DNA of 61,598 bases from Candidatus Udaeobacter sp. (GCA_045809725.1 JBJMXF010000108.1:1-61598); one strand, 5' to 3'; shown: positions 44,921-54,715, numbered from the stretch's first letter. A program made the numbers and translations. The notes: generated by a model from the letters alone, not told the origin.

Positions 44921-45387
44921 AATTTCATCGAACGCAATTTCCCATCCGTCAGGATTTTCGCACGTAGACCGCCATGGCCTTTCAGAAATTCCTGGGCACC
45001 CGGCGCAAATACGCCGTCCATCCAATAGCATGGGCGGCACTCTTCCATTCCGAAAAAACGAACGCCTTGCACGGCGAACTCCTGCCCAATCAAGTCGTTC
45101 AGATCAACAGCCTGTGTGATCACGTTGCGTCGTGCCAGCGAAGGGGAGCAGGCCTGGAGTTGCATCTCACTGCAAAGCTCATCGAAAACTTCCAGTGAAA
45201 AGAAAGTGATCTGGCCTTTGTAATCGTTCTTAAAGTCGAAATATCGATCACCGCGAATCCCACGGCCAGCTATGCATTCTATTTCGGGCGTTTCAGTCAT
45301 CGGATTCGTGTCCGGTTCGCGACCGTGATGGCCTACAAAATTGTGTCCCGTCGAAATGAACAGGTGACAAATTTCCATCGCAGCCAT
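44872..45387 (-). CDS. MOSC domain-containing protein
   Basis: ICHLFISTGHNFVGHHG...IECIAGRGIRGDRYF...EECRPCYWM is the typical MOSC-domain pattern. The ATG at 45387 is preferred over the track start at 45438. The C-terminal about 17 codons lie in repeat A3. Confidence 0.8.
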   Translation of the reverse strand: MAAMEICHLFISTGHNFVGHHGREPDTNPMTETPEIECIAGRGIRGDRYFDFKNDYKGQITFFSLEVFDELCSEMQLQACSPSLARRNVITQAVDLNDLIGQEFAVQGVRFFGMEECRPCYWMDGVFAPGAQEFLKGHGGLRAKILTDGKLRSMKLSSRAEVEGSREITVR

Positions 45388-45413
45388 GCTACCATTGAGG
45401 CGTCTCAAATCAC

Positions 45414-46217
45414 ATGAAAGAAAGCGGCATCGGATCACAGAAGATCATCCGGCGAAAACGCGATGGTGAACTTGAGTACTTGCCCGACGACTTAACGATC
45501 GAGGAGCCGCTGGAAATCCGAATTGGTGACAGGCCCATCGCAACTACGATGCGCACCCCGGGTCACGATGAAGAACTCGCGGCAGGGTTCCTACTTTCCG
45601 AGGGTATCGTGGACGCTCGAGATCAGATCAAGAGCGTTTCAGTAACTGGCGACAACCGCGTCGATGTCGAACTGACAGCCGGCGTAAAATTGAACCTGGC
45701 TTGGACGAAACGATTCGGAACGATCTCCAGTAGTTGTGGTTTGTGCGGCAAAACAAGCATCGATGCGATCCGGCAAAATTTCGCTGCGGTAGGATCGACT
45801 GATATCCGCATTGATATTGAAACGCTGCTGTCGCTTCCCCAGACATTGCGCAACGCACAAAGCGATTTCGCGCGCACAGGCGGAATCCATGCCGCCGGCA
45901 TTTTCGGTATCGATGGCGAATTGAAAATTGCGCGCGAGGATATTGGTCGCCACAACGCGGTGGATAAAGCAGTCGGGCGCGCTTTTCTCGACGAGCTGCT
46001 ACCTTTGGAAGGACATCTTCTTCTGGTCAGTGGCCGCGCGTCGTTTGAGATCATACAAAAGGCACTCGCCGCCGTAATTCCAATCGTGGCAGCTGTGTCA
46101 GCGCCTTCAAGTCTTGCGGTTGAGCTCGCCCGCGACAGCAACCAGACGCTCATAGGTTTTTTGCGTCCGCCATCCTTCAACATTTACACGCACATCGAGC
46201 GCGTGATCCTTTCATAG
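45414..46217 (+). CDS. fdhD: Formate dehydrogenase accessory sulfurtransferase FdhD
   Basis: RTPGHDEELAAGFLLSEGI, SSCGLCGK and GGIHAAGIF...REDIGRHNAVDKAVG. Confidence 0.93.
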   Translation: MKESGIGSQKIIRRKRDGELEYLPDDLTIEEPLEIRIGDRPIATTMRTPGHDEELAAGFLLSEGIVDARDQIKSVSVTGDNRVDVELTAGVKLNLAWTKRFGTISSSCGLCGKTSIDAIRQNFAAVGSTDIRIDIETLLSLPQTLRNAQSDFARTGGIHAAGIFGIDGELKIAREDIGRHNAVDKAVGRAFLDELLPLEGHLLLVSGRASFEIIQKALAAVIPIVAAVSAPSSLAVELARDSNQTLIGFLRPPSFNIYTHIERVILS

Positions 46218-46313
46218 CACAGCCATCCTGGCTGTGAGGCCGACGAGCGTCTCGCCTGTCGAATTGCTGTAGCAGGCGGGACGCCTGCTTGCCACACAGG
46301 CAAGATGCCTGTG
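46216..46313. repeat. Three consecutive 7-bp-stem hairpins in a convergent intergenic gap (probable terminator module)
   Basis: CACAGCC-ATCCT-GGCTGTG (46218-46236), GCAGGCG-GGA-CGCCTGC (46272-46288) and CACAGGC-AAGAT-GCCTGTG (46295-46313), between the fdhD and nrfD-like stops. Confidence 0.6.
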
Positions 46314-47279
46314 CTACGCCTTTTGCGAGGCAAAAACCGCTTCAGGGTCCCGCCCGGAAACGTTTCCTGCCTCAGTCCAACCGAAACGACTAACGAGCGC
46401 GCCGACTAAAAACGATATCGCCGCCAACGGGACCACGCCGAACAATCGGAGCACAAGCGGGAACGGTCCGGTTAAGATGCCCCCGATCCGAATGAGCCAA
46501 CCGGCACGATTTTCATGTATGGCCCGATCGGCGGCGCCATGTTTATCGAAAGTCAGCCAAATGAAGAGCACACTTTCGACGGCGGCCGCAAATAAGCCGA
46601 TCGCGTTGAGCGGCGCGATCCGATGACCGAGCAATTCCAACAGCGCAGCAGCGGATCCCAATCCCGCCATTCCGAAATGAATCGGCAGCAGCTTGTGATG
46701 TAAAAACCAGACGGGTATCGCTGTCACGCCGAGCAGCACACCTGTGTACGTGGCCAACAACAGTCCGAACACCGCCGACCCGAAAATCAGAATTCCTGCG
46801 GCAACACCGAGAATTTGACTTGGGCCAGCGAACAGGTGGTGAAGCTCCATCGCGATCAAACCTGGAAAAACACACATTGCGAAAGCGACGAGGATCCACG
46901 CGCCCATCGACATGACGGACTGCGGTTTGAATACTCGAAGCATGTTGATGAAAAGCCGCGGCCGGCCCAGATCCAGAATCAGCAGAACTGGCGACAGCAC
47001 CGATACAATCGCAGCGACCCACATTGCCGTGCGCGCAACATCGAAATTGTGAAACAGCAGCGCGGCCAGCGCGATCACCGCTGACATTCCGCCGAGACCT
47101 CCAATGAAGAAGTACACCGGAATTTCCCATGTCCACACGGGCGGTTTAACAACGGGTTGACCGTAGTAGCCCGGTCTACGCGGAATCGGCCCGCCGGAGA
47201 CGTCGACACCGCTGCCGGTAACCGCACTCCTTTGCCATGCGTCATCCCGCAGCTGGTCGAGTCCAGATTCGTTAGGCAT
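46314..47279 (-). CDS. NrfD/PsrC-family integral membrane subunit of the formate dehydrogenase complex
   Basis: GYYGQPVVKPPVWTWEIPVYFFIGGLGGMSA followed by about 8 TM segments. The ATG at 47279 has GGAG 5 nt upstream. The track start at 47426 is GTG, and an ATG at 47324 is also possible. Confidence 0.8.
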   Translation of the reverse strand: MPNESGLDQLRDDAWQRSAVTGSGVDVSGGPIPRRPGYYGQPVVKPPVWTWEIPVYFFIGGLGGMSAVIALAALLFHNFDVARTAMWVAAIVSVLSPVLLILDLGRPRLFINMLRVFKPQSVMSMGAWILVAFAMCVFPGLIAMELHHLFAGPSQILGVAAGILIFGSAVFGLLLATYTGVLLGVTAIPVWFLHHKLLPIHFGMAGLGSAAALLELLGHRIAPLNAIGLFAAAVESVLFIWLTFDKHGAADRAIHENRAGWLIRIGGILTGPFPLVLRLFGVVPLAAISFLVGALVSRFGWTEAGNVSGRDPEAVFASQKA

Positions 47280-47465
47280 CGTTTCTCCGGGGAGCGCACG
47301 CTTGTAGCGTGCTGGTCGCGGCATTCTGCGGCGACGAACTTGGACTGCACCCGCATTTGTTCGCCGCTCTAATAACGGTCGATCTCTGCAACGAAGTTCG
47401 TGAAGGCAAAATGCCTTCACCAGCACGCAGAATGCGTGCGCTCCCCAGAGTTGTTGACCGTCCGC

Positions 47466-48329
47466 TCATAACAACGCGAACGCGCAGAGAGTGGCCACGA
47501 GTGCCCCGATCGCGGTGGCGAACGCGGCTGCCCAGGCTGACTTCAAATGAATTGTCGGAATCTGCGGCTGCGGCGGAAGACCGTATGCTTCTGGCCCGCC
47601 GAGAATCAGGAAAAACGCGTGAGCGCCGCGCACAGAAGTCTCGGTAGGATCGTAAAGTTGCGCGTCGGCGTAACCCTGTTCTCGCAGTTGGTGCACACGT
47701 TGCGTCGCGCGTGCGCGCAAATCGTCGAGCCGCCCGAACACGATCGATTCGGTCGGGCAAACTTTCGCGCACGCCGGTGTGAGGCCGCTCTTTTGGCGGT
47801 CGTAACAGAAGGTGCACTTGAATGCGCCCCCAGCATTGGGCAACGGTTGTGGCCGGCGATCGATCACCCCAAATGGGCAGGAGACAACGCAATATCCGCA
47901 GCCGTTGCAAACATCGTCCTGAACAAATACAGAACCGACTTCCGTTCGTATGATTGAGCCGGTCGGGCACGCCTCGAGGCAACCCGCTTCCTCGCAATGC
48001 TTGCAAACATCAGAAAGAAAGAGCCAGCGAAATGGATCGTCGTCGTTGCCTAACGAGTGAGAGCTGACGATTTGAGTTCCTTTTTGTCGATCTTGTTCAA
48101 GGAACAAAACGTGGCGCCAGGTCGATGCGCCGAGCCGGCCAGTATTATCATAAGAATTTCCCGACCAGGTGAAGCCGTCGTCAGGCACTTCGTTCCATTC
48201 TTTGCACGCTACCTCGCAAGCTTTGCAGCCGATGCAAACAGTCGGATCAGTGAAAAAGCCGACTGTGACGTTTTCCTGCACGTAATTGTGTCGGCGCTGG
48301 TTCGCGCTCTGAATTCCTTCGCCGATCAT
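47466..48329 (-). CDS. Formate dehydrogenase iron-sulfur (beta) subunit, FdnH-like, with a C-terminal TM anchor
   Basis: Four ferredoxin-type Cys clusters (CIGCKACEVACKEWN, CKHCEEAGCLEACP, CNGCGYCVVSCP, CTFCYDR...CAKVCP) and a hydrophobic tail AAAFATAIGALVATLCAFALL. The start is either the ATG at 48329 or the TTG at 48356. Confidence 0.88.
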   Translation of the reverse strand: MIGEGIQSANQRRHNYVQENVTVGFFTDPTVCIGCKACEVACKEWNEVPDDGFTWSGNSYDNTGRLGASTWRHVLFLEQDRQKGTQIVSSHSLGNDDDPFRWLFLSDVCKHCEEAGCLEACPTGSIIRTEVGSVFVQDDVCNGCGYCVVSCPFGVIDRRPQPLPNAGGAFKCTFCYDRQKSGLTPACAKVCPTESIVFGRLDDLRARATQRVHQLREQGYADAQLYDPTETSVRGAHAFFLILGGPEAYGLPPQPQIPTIHLKSAWAAAFATAIGALVATLCAFALL

Positions 48330-48402
48330 AAGGTAGCGCGAGCCTCTGGCTTGCAAGGCTGTTTAGGCGCAAGCGAGACGCATGCGCTACTTTTTATCGC
48401 GC

Positions 48403-51400
48403 TCACGGCGTTTTGCCTTCCTTGCCGTGACTACGAGAAAATTTTCCACCGGATGGCGCCCCAAGAGGCGGCTGTTCCGGGTGCAAATTCGCTGGCTGAC
48501 CGTGCTGTGGCGCGTTCCGCTCGAGCCAATCAAGAAAGGCCGGCCCACGCGGCAAACGTCCGGGGACAATGTTGCAGAGAAGCGCCTTGCTTTCCATGAT
48601 CGTGACGTTCGGCTCGCCAGAAATGGCAACCAAATTATTGGCCGCATTACCGCGCAACGGACCGGCTGCTCCGAAATGAAATGGAATTGCGACCTGATGA
48701 ACGGTTTTGCCGTTGAGATTCATTGGTCGAATGCGGCGGCTAACGAGCGCCCGCGCTTCAATCGCGCCGCGCAAGCTGACAATGCAAACGTAATCGCCGT
48801 GGTCGATCTTGAGCTTCGCCGCCAATTCTGGCGACATTTCGACGAACATCTCCGGCTGCAATTCGGCAAGATGGCTCAGGAAACGTGACATCCCGCCGCC
48901 AGTGTGATGCTCGGTAAGCCGATAGGTAGTGAGAACGTACGGAAAACGTGGGTCGCCGGGCGGTGCGAAACGGTTTTCGTTGCGTGTGAACCAATTCACC
49001 ACCGGGTTCGTATCGCGTGAATAGAACGGATTTCGCACCGGCGATTCCAGCGGTTCATAGTGCGTCGGGAATGGGCCATCCTGTAAACCTTTCGGAACGT
49101 ACATCCACCCCAACCCGTCTTCGTGCAGGATGAATGGCGCGTCGCCGCGCTGTCCATCAAGACCAGTTTCGTCCCCGCTCGGCCGATAATCGGGAGCTTT
49201 AGTCGTCTTGAAATCAGGAACGTCAATGCCGGTCCATTTTTGCGATTCCCACCACACAAGTTTTTTGCGTTCGCTCCACGGCTCACCGTTTGGCTTCGCA
49301 CTCGCCCGGTTGTAAATGATGCGGCGATCGCTCGGCCAACTGAAGCCCCAGCCGTGTCCAAGATAATCTTTCGATTGGCGCGCGTTCGCCTTGTTCACGC
49401 CGTCCCGATTGAAAACGCCGGAATAAATCCACGCGCCGCATGCGGTGGAGCCGTCAGCTTTCAATTCGTTGTAATCGGCGACCTGCGCACCATGATGTTG
49501 TTGCCCTTGTCGATCTTTCCCAAAGAGGACGCCTTCTGCATTTGATTGCGGTTCTGTTTTCCAGCCGTTGATCTCCGCGAGCACCGATTCCATTTTTGGC
49601 TCGCCCAATGCGTCTTGCGGATACCACCAATCAAGGGCGCGCAGCGGTTCGTCCATCGAATCATCGGAAGCCTTCGCTTTGGCGATTAATCGCAAAGCCA
49701 ATTGATGAATGAACCACGCGTCGGACCGACAATCCCCCGGCGGTTCGACCGCTTTCTCGCGCCATTGCAACAGACGCTGAGTGTTTGTGAAGGCTCCTTC
49801 TTTTTCTGCGTGTCCGGCCGCGGGGAAGAAAAAGACTTCCGTGTCAATCTCTTCCGTTTTCAATTCGCCGCGCTCAATTTCAGCCGAGTCCCGCCAAAAT
49901 CTGGCCGGCTCGGTTTCGACCAATTCGCGAATGACAAACCATTTCAGTTTCGCCATCGACCGTCGTTGCACTCGCGTGTTCGGAGCGCCGACAGCCGAGT
50001 TCTGTCCAATCAGGAACATCCCTTCCATTTTTCCGTCCGCCATGTCGTAGAGATATTCAAAAAAGGAATGGTCGGCGGTGATTTTCGGTAGCCAATTGTA
50101 ACCAAAATCGTTTTCCGCAGTCGCCTGTTTTCCGTAATAAGCCTTTAACAAGCTGATGAAATATGCCGGCGTGTTCGACCACAGCCCAGTCTTTGACGTG
50201 TGCGCATCGAGATATTTCTGCAGGGTCTCCTCATCTCCGGCGTGCGGCATCGCCAGATATCCAGGTAGAATGTCGTAGAGCGTCGGGATATCGGTGGACC
50301 CCTGAATCGAAGCGTGGCCGCGAAGCGCGAGAATGCCGCCGCCAGGTCGTCCGATATTTCCAAGCAGAAGTTGCAAGATCGACGCGGTGCGAATGATCTG
50401 CACGCCTTTGGAATGCTGCGTCCACCCAACGGCATAACAGATGGCCGCTGTTTTATCCGGGCCGGATGCGGCAATAAGCGTGTCTGCGACTTTGTGGAAG
50501 AGTACCGGCGGAATCCCGCACACTTCTTCAACCATCTCCGGCGTGTAACGCGCAAAATGCCGTTTCAGTTTTTGGAAAACGCATTGTGGATCTTGCAGAC
50601 TGAGATCGCGTTCGGGATGGCTCAGTCCTTCTCCTTTGTATTTCCAGCTTTCCATCTCATACGCGCGGCGGTTCTCGTCCCAGCCGGAGAAATAACCGTC
50701 TGCGTTATCTTCGGGATCACCGTAATCATCGCGCAAAATGCAGGACGCATTTGTGTAATGCACCACGTAGTCGCGAAAGAAGAGTTCGTTCTCGACGACG
50801 TGGCGAATAATTCCGCCGAGAAACGTAATGTCGCTGCCGGCGCGAATCGGCACCCAGATATCGGCCAGCGCGCTGGTGCGCGAGAAGCGTGGATCGACAT
50901 GGATGATCGTGGCGCCCTGCTCCTTCGCTTTCATCACCCAGCGAAAACCGACCGGGTGCGCTTCGGCCATCGAGGAACCTTCGATCAGAATGCAATCTGC
51001 GTTCGCCAGATCTTGTTGCGCGGTTGTAGCTCCGCCCCGACCGAAGGAGGTGCCCAGACCGGGCACCGTGCTGCTATGTCATATGCGGGCCTGGTTGGAC
51101 ACACAAACCATGCCCAGGCCTCCAGTGAAAAGCTTCTTTATGAGATAATTTTCTTCGTTATCCAGCGTCGCGCCGCCGAGATGACATATCGCCGCCGTGT
51201 GGTTGATCGAAACACCATCTTGCTCGTGCACAAACGTGCGCTTGCGCGATTCCCACACGCGCTCGGCAACCATGTCCATGGCGCGCTCGAGCGACATCTC
51301 GCTCCACTCTTTCGAGCGCGGTGCACGGTATTTCATTTTGGTTTCGCGCCGCGAATGGGTTAGCAATTGATATGACGCGGCACCTTTCGGACAAAGGTTG

Positions 51401-51636
51401 CCCTGGCTAATCGGCGATTCCGGGTCGCCTTCGATTGAAATTAGTTTTCCGTCTTTGTGATAAATCAATTGGCCGCAGCCAACACCACAGTAGGGACAAA
51501 TGGATCGCGCGACGTTCGCGCCATCGATGCGCGCGTGCATCGCGCGCGTTTTTTCCGACATCGATTCAAGGCCAGTGCCGTCCTTGCGTTTGCGAATCTG
51601 CCGCATCAACGGCCATTTGGAAAAGAAGGAGGACAT
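48403..51636 (-). CDS. Formate dehydrogenase alpha subunit (molybdopterin, FdnG/FdoG-like) with in-frame UGA selenocysteine
   Basis: Track ORFs 51079..51639 and 48403..51066 share one frame and are separated only by the TGA at 51079-51081. Read-through gives NQARI-U-HSSTVPGLGTSFGRGGATT, which aligns with E. coli FdnG NQARV-U-HGPTVASLAPTFGRGAMTN. N-terminal 4Fe-4S motif CPYCGVGCGQ...CPKG. The ATG is at 51636. Confidence 0.9.
51049..51081 (-). other. UGA (Sec) codon plus SECIS-like hairpin
   Basis: The mRNA reads UGA-CAUAGCAGCAC-GGUGCCC-GGUCU-GGGCACC. This is a perfect 7-bp stem beginning 11 nt after the UGA, with a GGUCU apical loop like the E. coli fdhF SECIS. Confidence 0.75.
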
Positions 51637-51982
51637 CAAGAAGTGATCGTGCGGGTAATTACGGTTGGATGTTCGATAGGGGGCGACTGAATTTCACCTG
51701 GCGTCCGCTACATACTGATATCAACACGCAAAAAGAGACATCAAGACGGAAACCCGTTAATCGTGTTGTGCATTGATTTCGAAACTGCAATGAACATCCT
51801 GTAGTCAGAGGTGCGCGATCTAATTTGATTGGAAAAGAGGCCCGCAACATAATCGAACTTCTTTGGGTAGCCGTTCGTCTCCGCGCGCGGTGCTTCGGTC
51901 CGGCGTCCTCCGTCTCGTAAGCGCCATCCGGCAGAGCCAGCATGTGCGATAAATACAGAATTACACGCCGACGGTTTGCGTT

Positions 51983-53461
51983 ATGGACGATACGCTCCAA
52001 CTCGGATTTCCGCTGTGGGTCCGATTGACCCACTTCTTCAACTTTCTCTTCATCACGTTACTCATTCGCAGCGGAATCGAGATCATCGGTGCGCATCCGA
52101 AGTTTTATTGGCGCGACGACTCTTTGCCAGGAAGCGAATGGTTCCGCTTCACGAAAAAACGACTGCCAAAGGTCCAGCTCTGGACAGCAGAGGATGAAAT
52201 TGAGCCGATGCCTCGATGGATCGCTTTGCCGGGAGAGAACAATCTTGGCCTGGGTCGTCATTGGCACTTCTGGGCCGTGAACGGCTGGCTGCTGGCTGGT
52301 TTGATTTACGTCGTCCTGCTCCTGGCGACACCTCAGTGGCGTCGCCTTCTGCCAACGTCGTGGGACGTCTTCCCGGCGGCGTGGCAGGCTATGGTGGCCT
52401 ACTTTTGTTTTCGACTGCCTGCTGAGGGAAATCCGTTCAATGCGATTCAACAACTCACCTACTGTTTTATTATTTTCATCCTGTCGCCGCTTCAAATTGT
52501 TACAGGAATGATGATGTCGCCGGCGCTGGGTGCGCGGTTCCCCTGGTTTCCCAGAATGTTAGGCGGCCGGCAAGCGGCACGAAGTCTCCACTTCATCGGA
52601 CTGATCGTCTTTAGTGGTTTCATCCTCGTTCATGTCAGCTTGGTGTTTGCACATGGTTTTGCCCGTGAAATGACGAAAATCGTTCTCGGAGACGAAGCCT
52701 CCTCTTACGAGCTCGCCACGATCATCGGCCTATCAGCAATTGCTGCCGTGATCGTCTTCCATATTTGGGGAACGAGGCATTCTTTGGTCTCGCCCTCGCA
52801 AGCAAAGCGCTTGCTGGAAATCGGCATTGATCCCTTACGGCGGCTTGTTTTTCGTCCTTGGGAATCGCGGCAAGAGTATCTGCGCGTTTCTGGATATGCG
52901 CGCATCAATGGAAAACCGCCTCGCAACGAAGTGTATGAACGCCTGGCAGCGGGCGATTTCGCGGACTGGCGGCTCGAAGTAGGCGGTTTGGTAGAAAGAA
53001 ATTTAAGTCTCTCGCTCAATGATCTGCATCAAATGCGGCGCCAGACACAAACCACGTTGCACTGCTGCATCCAAGGCTGGAGCTACTTTGCGCAGTGGGC
53101 GGGCGTTCCGGTTTCCTCGATTATGGACATGTGCGAGCCGCTGCCGAATGCGCGCTTTCTCGTTTTCCACTCTTTGGATGAGAAATGGGAGAGATCGGGT
53201 CACGGTTATTACTACGAAGTAATCGATTTGGAACTCGGGATCCAGCCGCAGACCATTCTCGCAGATGAAATGAACGGCCGACCGCTACCGATCCCTCACG
53301 GAGCGCCGCTGCGCTTGCGTGTGGAGAATCAACTGGGGTACAAAATGGCCAAATGGATTAACCGCATCGAGGTCGTGAGCAGCTTTAAGCACATCGGCGA
53401 GGGACAGGGCGGTTGGCGCGATGATTTGCTGCATTATTATCCGCTGAATGCCGGGCTTTGA
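51983..53461 (+). CDS. Fusion of a cytochrome b (PF01292-like, MsrQ/PhsC-type) membrane domain and a molybdopterin-binding oxidoreductase (sulfite oxidase / MsrP-YedY fold) domain
   Basis: The N-terminal about 250 aa have 4-5 TM helices with conserved His (LTHFFNFL, GRHWHFW, RSLHFIGL, ILVHVSL). The C-terminal part has LHCCIQGWSYFAQWAGVP and NGRPLPIPHGAPLRLRVENQLGYKMAKW, typical of Moco oxidoreductase domains. Confidence 0.8.
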   Translation: MDDTLQLGFPLWVRLTHFFNFLFITLLIRSGIEIIGAHPKFYWRDDSLPGSEWFRFTKKRLPKVQLWTAEDEIEPMPRWIALPGENNLGLGRHWHFWAVNGWLLAGLIYVVLLLATPQWRRLLPTSWDVFPAAWQAMVAYFCFRLPAEGNPFNAIQQLTYCFIIFILSPLQIVTGMMMSPALGARFPWFPRMLGGRQAARSLHFIGLIVFSGFILVHVSLVFAHGFAREMTKIVLGDEASSYELATIIGLSAIAAVIVFHIWGTRHSLVSPSQAKRLLEIGIDPLRRLVFRPWESRQEYLRVSGYARINGKPPRNEVYERLAAGDFADWRLEVGGLVERNLSLSLNDLHQMRRQTQTTLHCCIQGWSYFAQWAGVPVSSIMDMCEPLPNARFLVFHSLDEKWERSGHGYYYEVIDLELGIQPQTILADEMNGRPLPIPHGAPLRLRVENQLGYKMAKWINRIEVVSSFKHIGEGQGGWRDDLLHYYPLNAGL

Positions 53462-53520
53462 GCAACGCAAGTTGTCGGTTTAGTGCAAGAGGCTTGCGGC
53501 CGCGACACCGTCACTGCCGG

Positions 53521-54633
53521 TTACTGAACTGGATCCGTGAGCCTTGGTGAAGAGCAGGATTCGGTCATGAATTTAAAACCCGCGAGCGGATTTGTTTCGG
53601 GACCGACGTTTTTCGCAAGCGCCAGTACCTGAAAAGCGCGACCCAGCATTTCCGGATGAAGCAGCGTTTGCAATTCACGACTAGCCTTGCGCGAATCCGG
53701 CAGAGGCGCTTGAGCCGAACCGCCGAATTCGGAAATGATTCCTGTGAGGAAGTGATGTTGATCGGTGAACCCAGCGACCTGCAACCCATTTGCTTCCGCA
53801 CGCTCGACAATACTTCGCCAATCTACAGACATGGTTATGTCCGCTTCTCCGATTAACTCGAACGGCGAGTCAAGATTTTGATGTTGGGCGCGGACTCGAA
53901 TGCTTCTCTCACAATCTTGGTCCAAAGACCCGTAGTCGATGGTCACCACATAACCAAGCTGCAAGTTCGCCGAGATCTCGTCGATGCAATCGAGCGCAGA
54001 TTGATTAAAGATCGTTTGATCAACCTGCCGCTCGACCAATACAAACTTCTCGTTGTCCAGGTCTACCAATTTTTCCGTTCCATGATTGATGAAGCGCACT
54101 GGCATTGCATCCAGCAATTCGTTGGAAAAATGAATTCCCATGAATGGCTCCGGCCAGTCTGGCCATTTAACCTTATCGCCAAACACCTCAAGCCTCCGGC
54201 GTTGTTGTTCTTTTAAAATCGGAAATGGCTCAAGTATCCGGTAGTGCAATGCGTCGAAGAATTCCGGCAGGCGTTTCTGCGCGAACTCTAGAACGTCCAG
54301 CGCGAACTGGCCGTCGTGCGCTCCCTGCTCGACAATGACGAAATTATTCAGCCTGCCGAGGCGCTCCCAAATTTCGCAGAACTGAGCGGTCAACAATTGC
54401 CCAAATAGCGGGCCGACGCTCACGTTAGTGAAATAATCCCCTTTGCGGCCTATCGCGCAGCGACCTGACGAATAATAACCGTGCTCGGGATGATAGAGAG
54501 CCTGCTGCATGAACCAGGCAAAGGATTGCGGACCTTGTGCGCGGATCGTTTCACGGATCGATTCCACCAGCGGGGTGTTCAATTGGAGAACGTCGAACGC
54601 GCAGCGATCAACGTCCAATTCCGCAACGTCCAA
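53521..54633 (-). CDS. SAM-dependent methyltransferase, DUF185 / NDUFAF7 (MidA) family
   Basis: FAWFMQQALYHPEHGYYSSG...GDYFTNVSVGPLFGQLL...IVEQGAHDGQFALDVL. The start is uncertain (TTG at 54633, with no nearby ATG). Confidence 0.8.
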   Translation of the reverse strand: MDVAELDVDRCAFDVLQLNTPLVESIRETIRAQGPQSFAWFMQQALYHPEHGYYSSGRCAIGRKGDYFTNVSVGPLFGQLLTAQFCEIWERLGRLNNFVIVEQGAHDGQFALDVLEFAQKRLPEFFDALHYRILEPFPILKEQQRRRLEVFGDKVKWPDWPEPFMGIHFSNELLDAMPVRFINHGTEKLVDLDNEKFVLVERQVDQTIFNQSALDCIDEISANLQLGYVVTIDYGSLDQDCERSIRVRAQHQNLDSPFELIGEADITMSVDWRSIVERAEANGLQVAGFTDQHHFLTGIISEFGGSAQAPLPDSRKASRELQTLLHPEMLGRAFQVLALAKNVGPETNPLAGFKFMTESCSSPRLTDPVQ

Positions 54634-54715
54634 TATTCACTTGCGCTCCCGCTTGGAAACTGAACGTTGAGGCTTAGGCGCTTGGCGCCTAGTTTCTACA
54701 GAGTCGTTTGCCTGC

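Noticed and set aside
47272-48006. A 244-aa alternative-frame ORF spanning the FDH beta / nrfD-like junction. Others are 46543-47136 and 41520-42086.
   Set aside because: These are out-of-frame overlaps with genes that carry clear Fe-S, NrfD or acyl-CoA dehydrogenase motifs. The products are Arg-rich with no recognisable domains.
51640-51982. A possible Moco riboswitch or FNR/ModE operator in the divergent region between the FDH operon and the cytochrome b-Moco gene.
   Set aside because: I could not match the conserved Moco-RNA blocks or a TTGAT-N4-ATCAA box by eye; only generic inverted repeats are present. An Infernal scan is needed before any claim.
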